From Shigella phage SH7, in sequence record KX828711: a DNA stretch of 64,000 nucleotides, one strand, 5' to 3'. How positions within the stretch are numbered: position 1 is the stretch's first letter; each line of letters starts with the position of its first letter. The notes below the pieces were generated by a model that had not been told where the DNA came from, searched no databases, and worked only from the letters and a program-made list of their open reading frames with translations. Position numbers and translations under genes: made by a program. Of the stretch, positions 20,391 to 30,560 are shown piece by piece.

Positions 20391-20578
20391 TAGTAATCTA
20401 GTGGTAAGAGAGTACGATATATTTCAAACTTTGGTCCTTTTTCATAGGCATCAAATGTTTCTGTAAATTTATTGTAAGCGTATGCATCTACAAATTCGAG
20501 AATGACTTGTGATACAGAAGTAGAAACATCTCCACCTTCTTTTTGAGCAATGACAATTGTTTCTAAGTAAGCTTTCAT
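20390..20578 (-). CDS. Hypothetical protein between gene 30 and alt
   Basis: 62 aa ORF; its start overlaps the gene 30 stop (ATGA). Confidence 0.55.
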   Translation of the reverse strand: MKAYLETIVIAQKEGGDVSTSVSQVILEFVDAYAYNKFTETFDAYEKGPKFEIYRTLLPLDY

Positions 20579-22038
20579 AAACCAGTTACCTCATGAAAAT
20601 CACCAAATACATCCTCGAATGTATTAGCTTTAGTTTTATCTTCACGTAAACGAATCGCAATCGGAAGAAATAATTTAACGTAATCGGTGCGGCCATCAGA
20701 TTTTAACCAACCGTTGCATTCGCACTCTAGAATTTTTCCAATATAATAATTTTGGTTTTCCATAATGCGAGTACGGTCAAGTTCATGCGATTTTACACCG
20801 GCTTTATCTTTTAAGCCTGAACCAGCATTTACTTTAATTTTTCCACACTCTGACTCAAGAATAAATCCACCAGCTTTAGTAGGGTCTTTACGGTGAGGAT
20901 AAATTCCTACAATTTTTAAATCAACATCAATTACTTCTTTAAATTTATAAAGATTTTTTGAACGAGCATTTTCCCATAATCCATCGGTATTTTTGAGAAT
21001 AATACCTTCAAGACCTTGGTCAATATACTTTTTGTAAATTACCTTAGCTTCATCTAGGTTATTTACTAGCTGGTTTTCAATTAAAATTACTTTATCATAG
21101 CCTGATGTCATTTGTTCTAGTTTAGAAAAACGTACATCATACTTTAAACGAAATGCAGGAAGACCATATATTTCTACTAATGGAACATAGTCCCAGACCT
21201 GAAACTTCATGCATTGAGCTTCTTTTTCTGAAATAGTTCCCTTTAAAGATTTATTAGCGATTCCATTAGAAGCAGTACGTGATTCAGCTACTTCGGCGAA
21301 TTCTTTAGCTTTACTAATTTCAGGATAAGCATCAAAAAGAAAATCTAGGCCTTCTGGCTCCTTTTTAACTTGCTCATGGTATACCAATTCGCCATCAATT
21401 AACACACCTTCTGGATGAATCTGGCGAGCTTCTGCAGTCATTTTAATTAACTCTTCCTTAAGAAGATCTAATCCTAGATATTCATTACCAGCTCGTGATA
21501 AAAGACGAACATCATCTAATTCATCACCTCTGACTTCAGCAAAGCACCGAGCTCCATCAGCTTTTAATTGGGCAAAGGCTGGAAATTTGATATTCTTATT
21601 AATGCCTTTTTCATCATAAGAACTTGCCAGCATTTGAGGTTGTTCAGGAATTAAACCTGGCCAAACTTTGTTTGCAATAGATACTGAAGCACCGCATTCA
21701 AGGTCTCGCATCATCACCCGACGCAAAACTTCAACATCATCTTTTTTACCGTCAGTAATATATCCAGTTAATTCCTCAATTGCCGCATTTCCGGTCAATT
21801 TCCGAGTAGCTAACGTGAATTCAATGAAGTCAAGCATATCGGTAAGAGTTAACATTCCAAAACTCTGGGTAGCAATACCCGGTTTAGGCCATTTCTTGAT
21901 ATAATACTGTAACCCACGAGAATAAGTCAGACGATATACTCGTTTAAGCAATTCATTATCTTTATTCTTTTCAAGAATTGCTTGCTTCTGTTTAGTTGAA
22001 CCAATAGATGCTATTTCATTCAGAATTTTAAGAATCAT
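20575..22038 (-). CDS. 30: ATP-dependent DNA ligase gp30
   Basis: 487 aa as in T4 DNA ligase; adenylation motif K-x-DG (AQLKADGARC). Confidence 0.95.
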   Translation of the reverse strand: MILKILNEIASIGSTKQKQAILEKNKDNELLKRVYRLTYSRGLQYYIKKWPKPGIATQSFGMLTLTDMLDFIEFTLATRKLTGNAAIEELTGYITDGKKDDVEVLRRVMMRDLECGASVSIANKVWPGLIPEQPQMLASSYDEKGINKNIKFPAFAQLKADGARCFAEVRGDELDDVRLLSRAGNEYLGLDLLKEELIKMTAEARQIHPEGVLIDGELVYHEQVKKEPEGLDFLFDAYPEISKAKEFAEVAESRTASNGIANKSLKGTISEKEAQCMKFQVWDYVPLVEIYGLPAFRLKYDVRFSKLEQMTSGYDKVILIENQLVNNLDEAKVIYKKYIDQGLEGIILKNTDGLWENARSKNLYKFKEVIDVDLKIVGIYPHRKDPTKAGGFILESECGKIKVNAGSGLKDKAGVKSHELDRTRIMENQNYYIGKILECECNGWLKSDGRTDYVKLFLPIAIRLREDKTKANTFEDVFGDFHEVTGL

Positions 22039-22304
22039 TGTTCATCCTTTAGAGTTTGGTTTACAGCTCTATTATAAATCAATTCATCATTAAGCTCAGG
22101 CAAAGACCTATGATATGTAGTTCTAACTTTATTTCCTTGCATCCAGTGCTTGACGTAAATGAAACCTTGCTCTACACATTTTTTAAAAATTCGTTCGTCT
22201 TTTTGAGCTCGAAATTCTGGATTGCATCTAAAAAATTGATTTACGTGACCGTAATCACGTGTAGTATTACCTTCATTTTCATAAATAGTGTGAACAACAA
22301 ACAT
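22035..22304 (-). CDS. Hypothetical protein (position of T4 30.1)
   Basis: 89 aa ORF overlapping the gene 30 start by 4 nt. Confidence 0.6.
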   Translation of the reverse strand: MFVVHTIYENEGNTTRDYGHVNQFFRCNPEFRAQKDERIFKKCVEQGFIYVKHWMQGNKVRTTYHRSLPELNDELIYNRAVNQTLKDEQ

Positions 22305-23143
22305 TAGAATGCTCCTTGGAAAATATTATCACCACCAGTAGGTCTATTATACAAATACTCTATGCCACCAGGTTTAATATAGTTCCATGTCTGAAACGGA
22401 TGTGTCTGATATGGATGATATAGATGATTATAAGGATTAAATCCAGGAGTTCTCCAGGTAGTGTTCCAAGGAAAAGAATCGTTTTTAACCATCTTCTCAA
22501 TTAAATCTTTTATAGCTTTTTCACTATCAAAACTTTCTTTATTTTCCTTCGATGGAAAAAGCTTATTCTCTACATCATTCCATGTATAAACTCGCTGCGC
22601 AGTTTTTGGAATACTGTCACGCTCCCCTCGAGCCATCCAATAAACAGGAACATTTAATATTTCACTCGCGTGATCGCAGTGGTGAGCGAGATCGTCAATA
22701 TAACAAATTACGTTATATTTCTCTTTTGCCTTTTTGAACAACTCTTCTTTTGAAGAATCATGACCACACATCAATACTTCTGAGAAGGCACCAGGAAAAA
22801 GAGCATTCAAATTAAATTGACGATTTAGCAGAGCGTCAATAGAATCACCCAATGCTGTAACAGCTACAAAATTATAATCTTCTTTTAATTTGTTAATTAC
22901 ACACAGGGCATCTTTATACGGAGACAAGTAACGAATAAAATCTGAACGATTGTATTTTTCAATTAACTTGACACCAAGTTCTTCATCGCAATTAAAGAGC
23001 TTACCAGGAGAAATAAATTTTTCGTCCTGAATCATTTTTAAAATATGTTCCAACGGAAGATTATATTTTTGGGCAAAATAAGGAAGACCTGATTGCCAGC
23101 TTAAACATACACCATCAATATCAGTTAAAATAGTAGGCTTCAT
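22304..23143 (-). CDS. HAD-superfamily-like hydrolase (position of T4 30.2)
   Basis: 279 aa; N-terminal ILTDIDGV (HAD motif I DxDxV) and YIDDL (motif IV). Confidence 0.6.
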   Translation of the reverse strand: MKPTILTDIDGVCLSWQSGLPYFAQKYNLPLEHILKMIQDEKFISPGKLFNCDEELGVKLIEKYNRSDFIRYLSPYKDALCVINKLKEDYNFVAVTALGDSIDALLNRQFNLNALFPGAFSEVLMCGHDSSKEELFKKAKEKYNVICYIDDLAHHCDHASEILNVPVYWMARGERDSIPKTAQRVYTWNDVENKLFPSKENKESFDSEKAIKDLIEKMVKNDSFPWNTTWRTPGFNPYNHLYHPYQTHPFQTWNYIKPGGIEYLYNRPTGGDNIFQGAF

Positions 23144-23604
23144 AGAGAGTCTCTTAATAGGTTTAACACATCAATAAATTCAGCTTCAGTTAGTATTGTA
23201 TCATCTTTTGTTAGACCACTAGCCATGCTGTGCTTCAAAACTTTTCCTTTCGAGGCTTGTAATGCATCACGAAAGCCCTTGTTTTGGATCGCTGCCTCAA
23301 AATACGCATTTGTGTATAATTCTTTCCAGGCTGGGGAGTATCTTGAAAACGGAACTCCAAGCCAGAAGAGGGTCCCACGGTCCTGAGCTCTAGTATAAGA
23401 CCTTCCAGCTTGTTGGGCGGCAAGCCCGGATAACCCAAATATACGTCTTTGTTGTTCAACATTTTTCACCTTACATCCTTGGAGGAATCCTTCGAGACCT
23501 CCAAATTGAATGCCATCCATAACGAAAGGCCAATAGGCGAAATTACTTAATGCACATGATGGCCACCTAAAATTACTTCTAATCTCTAACTCAGACATTT
23601 TCAA
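23140..23604 (-). CDS. NADAR/YbiA-like (DUF1768) protein (position of T4 30.3)
   Basis: 154 aa; LSNFAYWPF...DGIQFGGLEGFLQGCK pattern resembles the E. coli YbiA FSNFA.WP...DG..W.TSEHYFQA.K signature. Confidence 0.6.
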   Translation of the reverse strand: MKMSELEIRSNFRWPSCALSNFAYWPFVMDGIQFGGLEGFLQGCKVKNVEQQRRIFGLSGLAAQQAGRSYTRAQDRGTLFWLGVPFSRYSPAWKELYTNAYFEAAIQNKGFRDALQASKGKVLKHSMASGLTKDDTILTEAEFIDVLNLLRDSL

Positions 23605-23797
23605 TGCTTATAATTTCAACATCAGCCCAATGACCATAGTTTGGTAGACGAAATTCAACTGGCCAGTCACTGCCTTTTTCTAATATAATAGACTTAACTT
23701 GCGGTTCTTCATGTTCATCAGTATATGGATTTTTATCTGTTACTTTATATGTGACCTTAATGTACTGAATTCCAAAAATCTTATTAATTATATTCAT
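23591..23797 (-). CDS. Hypothetical protein (30.x cluster)
   Basis: 68 aa ORF in a tightly packed co-oriented array. Confidence 0.55.
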   Translation of the reverse strand: MNIINKIFGIQYIKVTYKVTDKNPYTDEHEEPQVKSIILEKGSDWPVEFRLPNYGHWADVEIISIENV

Positions 23798-23991
23798 ACT
23801 AATTCCTTTAATCCGTAAATAGGAGATAATTCATCACCCATACGAAGGTCTTCATTTCCATCTACCCAGGAAACAATATAAGCCTCTTTTATTTGAACAC
23901 CACTCCATTTAAATGGAGGTAGAACCTTAGAAATTAATCCAGGTATACCAACTCCCTTTAATTCAACAGTTTGACCTAAAAAGAATTTCAT
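23794..23991 (-). CDS. Hypothetical protein (30.x cluster)
   Basis: 65 aa ORF, 4 nt overlap with neighbours. Confidence 0.55.
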   Translation of the reverse strand: MKFFLGQTVELKGVGIPGLISKVLPPFKWSGVQIKEAYIVSWVDGNEDLRMGDELSPIYGLKELV

Positions 23992-24278
23992 CAGAACCTC
24001 ATCTGAAAGCCGTGTGATTTAACATTACCGCCGCCAATATCAGAAATATTAATTTCACGCGCAATTGAAGGGTCAATGTCAATTTCACGATTAAGTTTAG
24101 CGATAGCTAAAGTATCACGCCCATTTACTGTACGGAATTCTAAAGGACAAACCACATCAACATAATTTTTAATCGATTCACTGGTAGGTTGCAAATGAGC
24201 AGGAAGGTCTTTAGGCGCCTTAGAGAAAACAACTTCACAGAAATTTTTGCGGGTATCAAAATAAGTAGTCATAAACAT
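23991..24278 (-). CDS. Hypothetical protein (30.x cluster)
   Basis: Start trimmed to the ATG at 24278 (MFMTTYFDT...), which follows an RBS; the ORF-track start at 24329 would run through an intergenic hairpin. Confidence 0.55.
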   Translation of the reverse strand: MFMTTYFDTRKNFCEVVFSKAPKDLPAHLQPTSESIKNYVDVVCPLEFRTVNGRDTLAIAKLNREIDIDPSIAREINISDIGGGNVKSHGFQMRF

Positions 24279-24295
24279 AGTATTTTCCTCAGTAA

Positions 24296-24309
24296 GGGGC
24301 CGAAGCCCC
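24296..24309 (-). promoter_or_regulatory. C(UUCG)G RNA hairpin between two 30.x genes, just upstream of an RBS
   Basis: GGGGC-UUCG-GCCCC in transcript sense; no T-tract after it on the minus strand, so not a classic terminator. Confidence 0.5.
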
Positions 24310-24318
24310 TGTTTTATT

Positions 24319-24684
24319 TTAAATATCAAATTCGTTAAGAACTACATCAAAGATTGCTTCAAGATGCTCAGGTTTAGCTCTGTTACTCAGAATATGACGA
24401 ATCCAAGTTTTAACCAGAAGCTTACGATTAACGCCATTCCAGCAAGGATGAGTCCCTAAATCACGTTGACGAAAATCATCATCCAAAGCGATTTTGAAGT
24501 TGGAGCCTTCCATTGTGATTGAAACCGTGATGCCATTTTCAAATCGCATATAAACGTAGTTAGGAGTCATATACTGTTCAATTTCGCATACTGATCCATT
24601 TTGATGTTTCCAAAGGCAGATAGTATCAATAGAACCTGCAATACCATTAGAAACATATTTACGTTCAAAGTTGATGTAGTTCAT
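24319..24684 (-). CDS. Hypothetical protein (30.x cluster)
   Basis: 121 aa ORF with its own early promoter. Confidence 0.6.
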   Translation of the reverse strand: MNYINFERKYVSNGIAGSIDTICLWKHQNGSVCEIEQYMTPNYVYMRFENGITVSITMEGSNFKIALDDDFRQRDLGTHPCWNGVNRKLLVKTWIRHILSNRAKPEHLEAIFDVVLNEFDI

Positions 24685-24721
24685 TTTTATTCTCCGAGAT
24701 GTTTAATTGCGGTACAGGTAT

Positions 24722-24750
24722 ATAATATCATATCCTGTACCAAAGTAAAC
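24722..24750 (-). promoter_or_regulatory. Early promoter for the 121 aa ORF
   Basis: Minus strand GTTTAC then 17 nt then TATTAT; the -10 is bracketed by the 8 bp inverted repeat GGTACAGG/CCTGTACC (24711-24741). Confidence 0.55.
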
Positions 24751-24752
24751 AA

Positions 24753-25085
24753 TTATTTTACTACTTTCCAATGCTTCATATCAAGTTTACCAACTTTTTT
24801 CATCTTCTCAATTAAGCGTTCGGCACGTTGGCGAGCTGTAACATAATACCATTCACCTAATTCATTTTGTTCAATTTTTCCAACGATTACTGTATTCAAT
24901 TCATAAATCCAACCAGTAAAGAAATTATGAACTTGAATTGTAAAGGTGAAATCTGTTCCCATACCTTCTGTTGTTTCTACTTCAATAATATCACCTTCAA
25001 CTGCCATTAAGAACCACATAGTTTCATCATATTTACCAGTGAAGCATTTAGTTTTAACTGCAGCGTTCAGATTAATCGTTTTCAT
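24753..25085 (-). CDS. Hypothetical protein (30.x cluster)
   Basis: 110 aa ORF. Confidence 0.6.
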   Translation of the reverse strand: MKTINLNAAVKTKCFTGKYDETMWFLMAVEGDIIEVETTEGMGTDFTFTIQVHNFFTGWIYELNTVIVGKIEQNELGEWYYVTARQRAERLIEKMKKVGKLDMKHWKVVK

Positions 25086-25112
25086 TTTATTCTCCTTTGT
25101 TTGTGTAAGATA

Positions 25113-25142
25113 ATACTATCACAAAGGAACCATACTGTAAAC
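25113..25142 (-). promoter_or_regulatory. Early promoter for the 110 aa ORF
   Basis: Minus strand GTTTAC then 18 nt then TAGTAT. Confidence 0.5.
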
Positions 25143-25172
25143 AACTTTATGCAATCTTTGGAAAATAAAAAA

Positions 25173-25190
25173 GGACTCCCGAAGGAGTCC
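25173..25190 (-). terminator. Rho-independent terminator after the 58 aa basic ORF
   Basis: GGACUCC-UUCG-GGAGUCC in transcript sense followed by TTTTTTATTTT. Confidence 0.7.
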
Positions 25191-25195
25191 TCAAC

Positions 25196-25372
25196 TTATG
25201 CTTTCTGCTTACCAAAACGAGAAGCATCATCTCGAAGAACCGCACGTGCTCGACGCATGATCTTCTCAACAGTTTGATTGATACGAGAGTTCGACCCACG
25301 CTTGTAGCCAGCGCGTTTAGAATCACCAACTTTCTTTTCAACTGCTTTCTTTGCTTTAACTTGTTTTGCCAT
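25196..25372 (-). CDS. Small highly basic protein (position of T4 30.9)
   Basis: Start trimmed to the ATG at 25372 (MAKQVKAKKAVEKK...), 58 aa; the ORF-track start lies in the non-coding region. Confidence 0.5.
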   Translation of the reverse strand: MAKQVKAKKAVEKKVGDSKRAGYKRGSNSRINQTVEKIMRRARAVLRDDASRFGKQKA

Positions 25373-25618
25373 TATAAATTCTCTTTTAAATGAAAATGCA
25401 GGACTTATTGGCATTGCCTGCGCAAGCCCTCAAGGGGAACATAGGTTTTTTGGATATTTAACGACCAGGATAACCATAAACCCGTCATCATTCACATTCA
25501 AGAGGTACACCGTAAAACTGCCGGGGTCTTAAAACTATAATGATTCGCAAATCATTAATCAGACAGTTCGACGGCTCCTCGATTTTAGCTCACGCTAATG
25601 CAGTGAATCTCCAATAAA

Positions 25619-25867
25619 TTACTTCAATGTTACCACAAAGTGACGAACTGCTTTTCGTGCAGCAGAAGCCAAAGGCTTAGCATATTTAAGTTCATCTTTT
25701 TCCTGAAGCTCAGCAGCTAATGCAGTTTGAGCAGGATTCAGATGTTTGAAATAACGCAGGATTTCAAGAGCTTCGGCTTCAACATCAATAGATGCACCAT
25801 AGTTTTCGTGACCATTATTCCATGCGTTTCGTTGCAGTTCAAGAGCGTGTTGTAATTGTTTAATCAT
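25619..25867 (-). CDS. rIII: rIII lysis-inhibition accessory protein
   Basis: 82 aa as in T4 rIII; lies just downstream of gene 31. Confidence 0.85.
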   Translation of the reverse strand: MIKQLQHALELQRNAWNNGHENYGASIDVEAEALEILRYFKHLNPAQTALAAELQEKDELKYAKPLASAARKAVRHFVVTLK

Positions 25868-26006
25868 TTAAAAATTCTCGTTAGAGATTAAAACTCGGTA
25901 GTCACGTTCTTCTGAATTTCATCTTCTTTCGACAGATCTCTCAGTTGTAGACTACCACGTAGAATTGTTCGGTTAACTTATTATTCCGACACCCAATTCA
26001 TATTAT

Positions 26007-26014
26007 TATTTATA
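26007..26014 (-). promoter_or_regulatory. Possible late promoter between gene 31 and rIII
   Basis: Minus strand TATAAATA directly after the gene 31 stop, about 140 nt upstream of rIII. Confidence 0.4.
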
Positions 26015-26350
26015 TCACTTATAAAGACATGGAATAGCTTTATAGTGACAAGTAACGAATTTTTGTTTAATTTCTTTTGGCTGCTTAAGACCCAGAGCTA
26101 CAAAAGGATGCGGAACATTTCGAATTTGACCAACTGGAAGAGAAGTCAAATCACCAACTTCGCAGAAACCTTCAGGAACATCAGGACCGACAGAGTGAAC
26201 TACACACAGTTCAGGAACTTCACCTTGAACACGTTTACCGATAATAAGTCCTGATTCTGTAACTTCTTCATCACCGGCTTGTGCAGGTTCAGAAACTAAA
26301 ATAACATATTCACCGACAGCACGAATTGGTAGCTGTTGTACTTCAGACAT
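26015..26350 (-). CDS. 31: gp31 co-chaperonin (GroES-like)
   Basis: 111 aa as in T4 gp31; [20 protein letters not shown]-terminus. Confidence 0.93.
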
Positions 26351-26380
26351 CGTTTTTCCTTTTTGTTAACAGATGAATTA

Positions 26381-26407
26381 ATAATAACAAATAATTCTTA
26401 AAGCATT
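26381..26407 (-). promoter_or_regulatory. Middle (MotA-dependent) promoter of gene 31
   Basis: Minus strand AATGCTTTA MotA box then 12 nt then TATTAT, about 30 nt upstream of the gene 31 ATG. Confidence 0.65.
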
Positions 26408-26715
26408 TATTTACCAATAAATTGAAGCAAATGCTCAACTTTCATACCATTAACAGAAATCAATTTGTCAATAGAAAAACCTCGCCATGCACCAAGTTCA
26501 ACATCAAATACTGGAATCATATCCGTAGATTCTTTCCGAGTAGATTCAGTCAATTTACCAGTTTGCATGGTTGGCATAAAATCTGCATCACGAGTACCTT
26601 CCATAGTACGAATAGTACCATCAGACTTTTCAAAAACTACGTTTGAAACACCCATGGACAGTTTAGTTTTCAAAATTTCACGAATTGCTACTTTCTGCTC
26701 AGTTGTCAGTTTCAT
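26407..26715 (-). CDS. Hypothetical protein (position of T4 31.1)
   Basis: 102 aa ORF. Confidence 0.6.
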   Translation of the reverse strand: MKLTTEQKVAIREILKTKLSMGVSNVVFEKSDGTIRTMEGTRDADFMPTMQTGKLTESTRKESTDMIPVFDVELGAWRGFSIDKLISVNGMKVEHLLQFIGK

Positions 26716-26952
26716 TTATTTACCTATTACAGTTTTAATATGAGTTGTTCCACGTTCTTTAAGAGTGGAAAGCAATTTTTGGCATTTTTCTAAATCAGAT
26801 TTCCAACTATACGGACTATCAATACAAACCCAGTTTGACTTATAATACTGCTTCCATTTAGAGAAAAAATACTTCTTATACTCTACAGCAAATGAAATAT
26901 TCTCGTTGGAATAAGAACTAATTGCTGTGAGTTGTACCAAACGAAATTTCAT
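26716..26952 (-). CDS. Hypothetical protein (position of T4 31.2)
   Basis: 78 aa ORF. Confidence 0.55.
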   Translation of the reverse strand: MKFRLVQLTAISSYSNENISFAVEYKKYFFSKWKQYYKSNWVCIDSPYSWKSDLEKCQKLLSTLKERGTTHIKTVIGK

Positions 26953-27533
26953 TATTCACCACAGAATTCGTTGATATTTTCCCAATTTAACTTATTCAAG
27001 TTTTTCTTAGGAACATTAAACACTTCAATACCCGCATTTCGCAGAATATCATCCCAGCCAGGTTTATTTTTATCGTATGTTTCACAATAAACCAACTTTT
27101 TAATACCAGATTGAGCTATCGCTTTTGCACAATCTGGACAAGGAGAAAGTGTTACATACATAGTAGCACCTTCAATAGAAGAACCATTTCGTGCAGCAAA
27201 CAAAATTGCATTTAGTTCAGCATGAATTTCATTTTTAGACGACCATTCAGAGTGAGCGCTACGGTGTTCTTTCGCCAAGACAAAACGATCAGTTGAACCA
27301 AATGATACACATTCAGGCTTATGACCTTGAATGATAGTATGTTTAGGCTTATTCAGCAACCAACCTTGCTCGGCAGCATAATCACAGCAATTCACACCGC
27401 CTGCAGGCGAACCGTTATATCCAGTAGAAATAATACGTCCATTCTTTTCAATTACTGCTCCTACCTTCCAGGAGCAACATTTGGATTCTTGTGATACTAA
27501 ATATGCAATTTGAAGTACTGTACTCGCTTTCAT
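26952..27533 (-). CDS. cd: dCMP deaminase
   Basis: 193 aa as in T4 Cd; zinc-binding deaminase motifs HAELNA and PCPDCAKAI. Confidence 0.95.
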   Translation of the reverse strand: MKASTVLQIAYLVSQESKCCSWKVGAVIEKNGRIISTGYNGSPAGGVNCCDYAAEQGWLLNKPKHTIIQGHKPECVSFGSTDRFVLAKEHRSAHSEWSSKNEIHAELNAILFAARNGSSIEGATMYVTLSPCPDCAKAIAQSGIKKLVYCETYDKNKPGWDDILRNAGIEVFNVPKKNLNKLNWENINEFCGE

Positions 27534-27868
27534 TTCATAATCACCAGATAAGCAGATTTAGCAGTTTCAACACGATAAATTTCGTGACGAAGTTTAGTTA
27601 TACTTTTAATAACAGAACTAATTATATTCTGCCCGTCTTTAAAGCGGTTTTTCTTATCAATAAAAACTGCGCCAACCATCTTTTTGTGAAGCTCAACTGG
27701 ATACTTCGTCACAATAATAGCATCATACACAGAAGGATGAATACTATTCACCAGAGTATCATTCATTAAAGTTATTCTAATGAACTGTGCTGTTTCAGAA
27801 TCAAGCGCTCTATGATCGCCAGTATCATTTTCAAGACAATTATCAATTATATCAGTTAAATTCATCAT
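27530..27868 (-). CDS. Hypothetical protein (cd.x cluster)
   Basis: 112 aa ORF. Confidence 0.6.
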   Translation of the reverse strand: MMNLTDIIDNCLENDTGDHRALDSETAQFIRITLMNDTLVNSIHPSVYDAIIVTKYPVELHKKMVGAVFIDKKNRFKDGQNIISSVIKSITKLRHEIYRVETAKSAYLVIMK

Positions 27869-28104
27869 AGTACGCCATACACCCTTTGTGCTTCAACTAA
27901 TCCATCAAAATCCAGTTTAAGATGCGATATTTGATCGCCATCACCTGGATTCACAATTACTAATACTGAACGAGGAGTTTCGGTAATAACACGAACCGAT
28001 GTTTCAGGAAATCGTTCAGAAACCTTATTTACTAATTCCTGGGCAAATAGTTTAACTTTTTCTTGGAATTCTTTAACAGTAATTGGTTTTTCACTTAGCA
28101 GCAT
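27865..28104 (-). CDS. Hypothetical protein (cd.x cluster)
   Basis: 79 aa ORF. Confidence 0.6.
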   Translation of the reverse strand: MLLSEKPITVKEFQEKVKLFAQELVNKVSERFPETSVRVITETPRSVLVIVNPGDGDQISHLKLDFDGLVEAQRVYGVL

Positions 28105-28268
28105 GTTGATCCCAGCTCCTTACTTTCAACATTTTTAACTAATTTGACAGAAACTAATTCAGCATCTTGGGTAATCATTACCGGACCTTCTTCATACTCT
28201 TCAAGATATTCTAGAGCTTTCTTTTTAGCTTCTTCCTTCGTATCAGTTTGAGCATAGATATAGAACAT
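28095..28268 (-). CDS. Possible small ORF (cd.x cluster; below ORF-track size cut-off)
   Basis: 57 aa from the ATG at 28268 (MFYIYAQTDTKEEAKKK...), filling an otherwise non-coding 240 bp gap. Confidence 0.35.
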   Translation of the reverse strand: MFYIYAQTDTKEEAKKKALEYLEEYEEGPVMITQDAELVSVKLVKNVESKELGSTCC

Positions 28269-28346
28269 ACAACCAGTAATACCTACTACTTTCCACTTAA
28301 TTTCTTTATCAGTTTTAATTTCAAATTTACTTACAGAATCATCTTT

Positions 28347-28625
28347 TCAAACTTCTTCGAAAAAAGAATATTCTAACATATAAGCAATTGAAAATAACGG
28401 GCTAACTTTATAGGATTCACCCATTACATCAACAGCTTTATACCAACAATCATCAATTTCGCGTTTAATGCTAATAACATTTTTCGCAGGATCTATTTTT
28501 ACTTTAAATGAATTTTCTCCAATAAACTGAGCAATTCGTTTATTAGCCCCGCAAGTTTCATTAAAAATATCTTTATATCCAGCTTTAAAGCGATAAACCT
28601 TATCTTCTTCAAACCATTCGCTCAT
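28347..28625 (-). CDS. Hypothetical protein (cd.x cluster)
   Basis: 92 aa ORF. Confidence 0.6.
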   Translation of the reverse strand: MSEWFEEDKVYRFKAGYKDIFNETCGANKRIAQFIGENSFKVKIDPAKNVISIKREIDDCWYKAVDVMGESYKVSPLFSIAYMLEYSFFEEV

Positions 28626-28687
28626 TTCAATTTCCTCGTTTGTTTTGGTAGAGCTATAATATCACAACTCTACCGTAAAGTAAACTA

Positions 28688-28963
28688 TTAAATTGCTTTG
28701 AATTCTGCTGTCTGCGATTCAAAACGAATATCGCCTTTGATAACTAGCTCAGCATCAAGACCGAATACAACAATGATATGCGCGGAACCTGGATACAACG
28801 TAATGGCAATAGAATCCACCTGATCTGGAAGCAAAGTATTCAATACATGAGTCACTTGAGCATGAATTCGAAGCTCAGCTGCGTTATCAAGTTTTTCAAA
28901 CATATTATTAGCGATAATTTGGCTAAACACTACTTCTACGATTTTAGAGTAAGTCGGAAACAT
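28688..28963 (-). CDS. Hypothetical protein (cd.x cluster)
   Basis: 91 aa ORF. Confidence 0.6.
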   Translation of the reverse strand: MFPTYSKIVEVVFSQIIANNMFEKLDNAAELRIHAQVTHVLNTLLPDQVDSIAITLYPGSAHIIVVFGLDAELVIKGDIRFESQTAEFKAI

Positions 28964-28965
28964 AT

Positions 28966-29158
28966 TTACCTCACATAATTTTCTTCAAGCCAATCAATAA
29001 CATCCAAAGCGTTATCAAAAGTTGAACCATCTACTCTGTCTTCTGTTTCATAATCAAGAACATCTAAGCCTACTCTTCCATCAACAATAGGCCATAAACA
29101 AAATAGATATTTCTTTTCTTTTTCAATTTTATCACAAAGATGATAAATCTTTTCTAGG

Positions 29159-29166
<8 letters not shown>
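28966..29166 (-). CDS. Hypothetical protein
   Basis: 66 aa ORF. Confidence 0.5.

Positions 29167-30556
<1,390 letters not shown>

Positions 30557-30560
<4 letters not shown>

Noticed and set aside
25147-25341. 64 aa ORF overlapping the small basic ORF in another frame
   Set aside because: Alternative frame over the same DNA; the other frame has a proper ATG, RBS and terminator context
25391-25617. Two short plus-strand ORFs (23 and 25 codons) in the rIII-downstream non-coding stretch; also checked for a tRNA
   Set aside because: No RBS, wrong strand for the local transcription direction, and no D-arm or T-arm tRNA signatures; the interval is reported as a non-coding structured element instead
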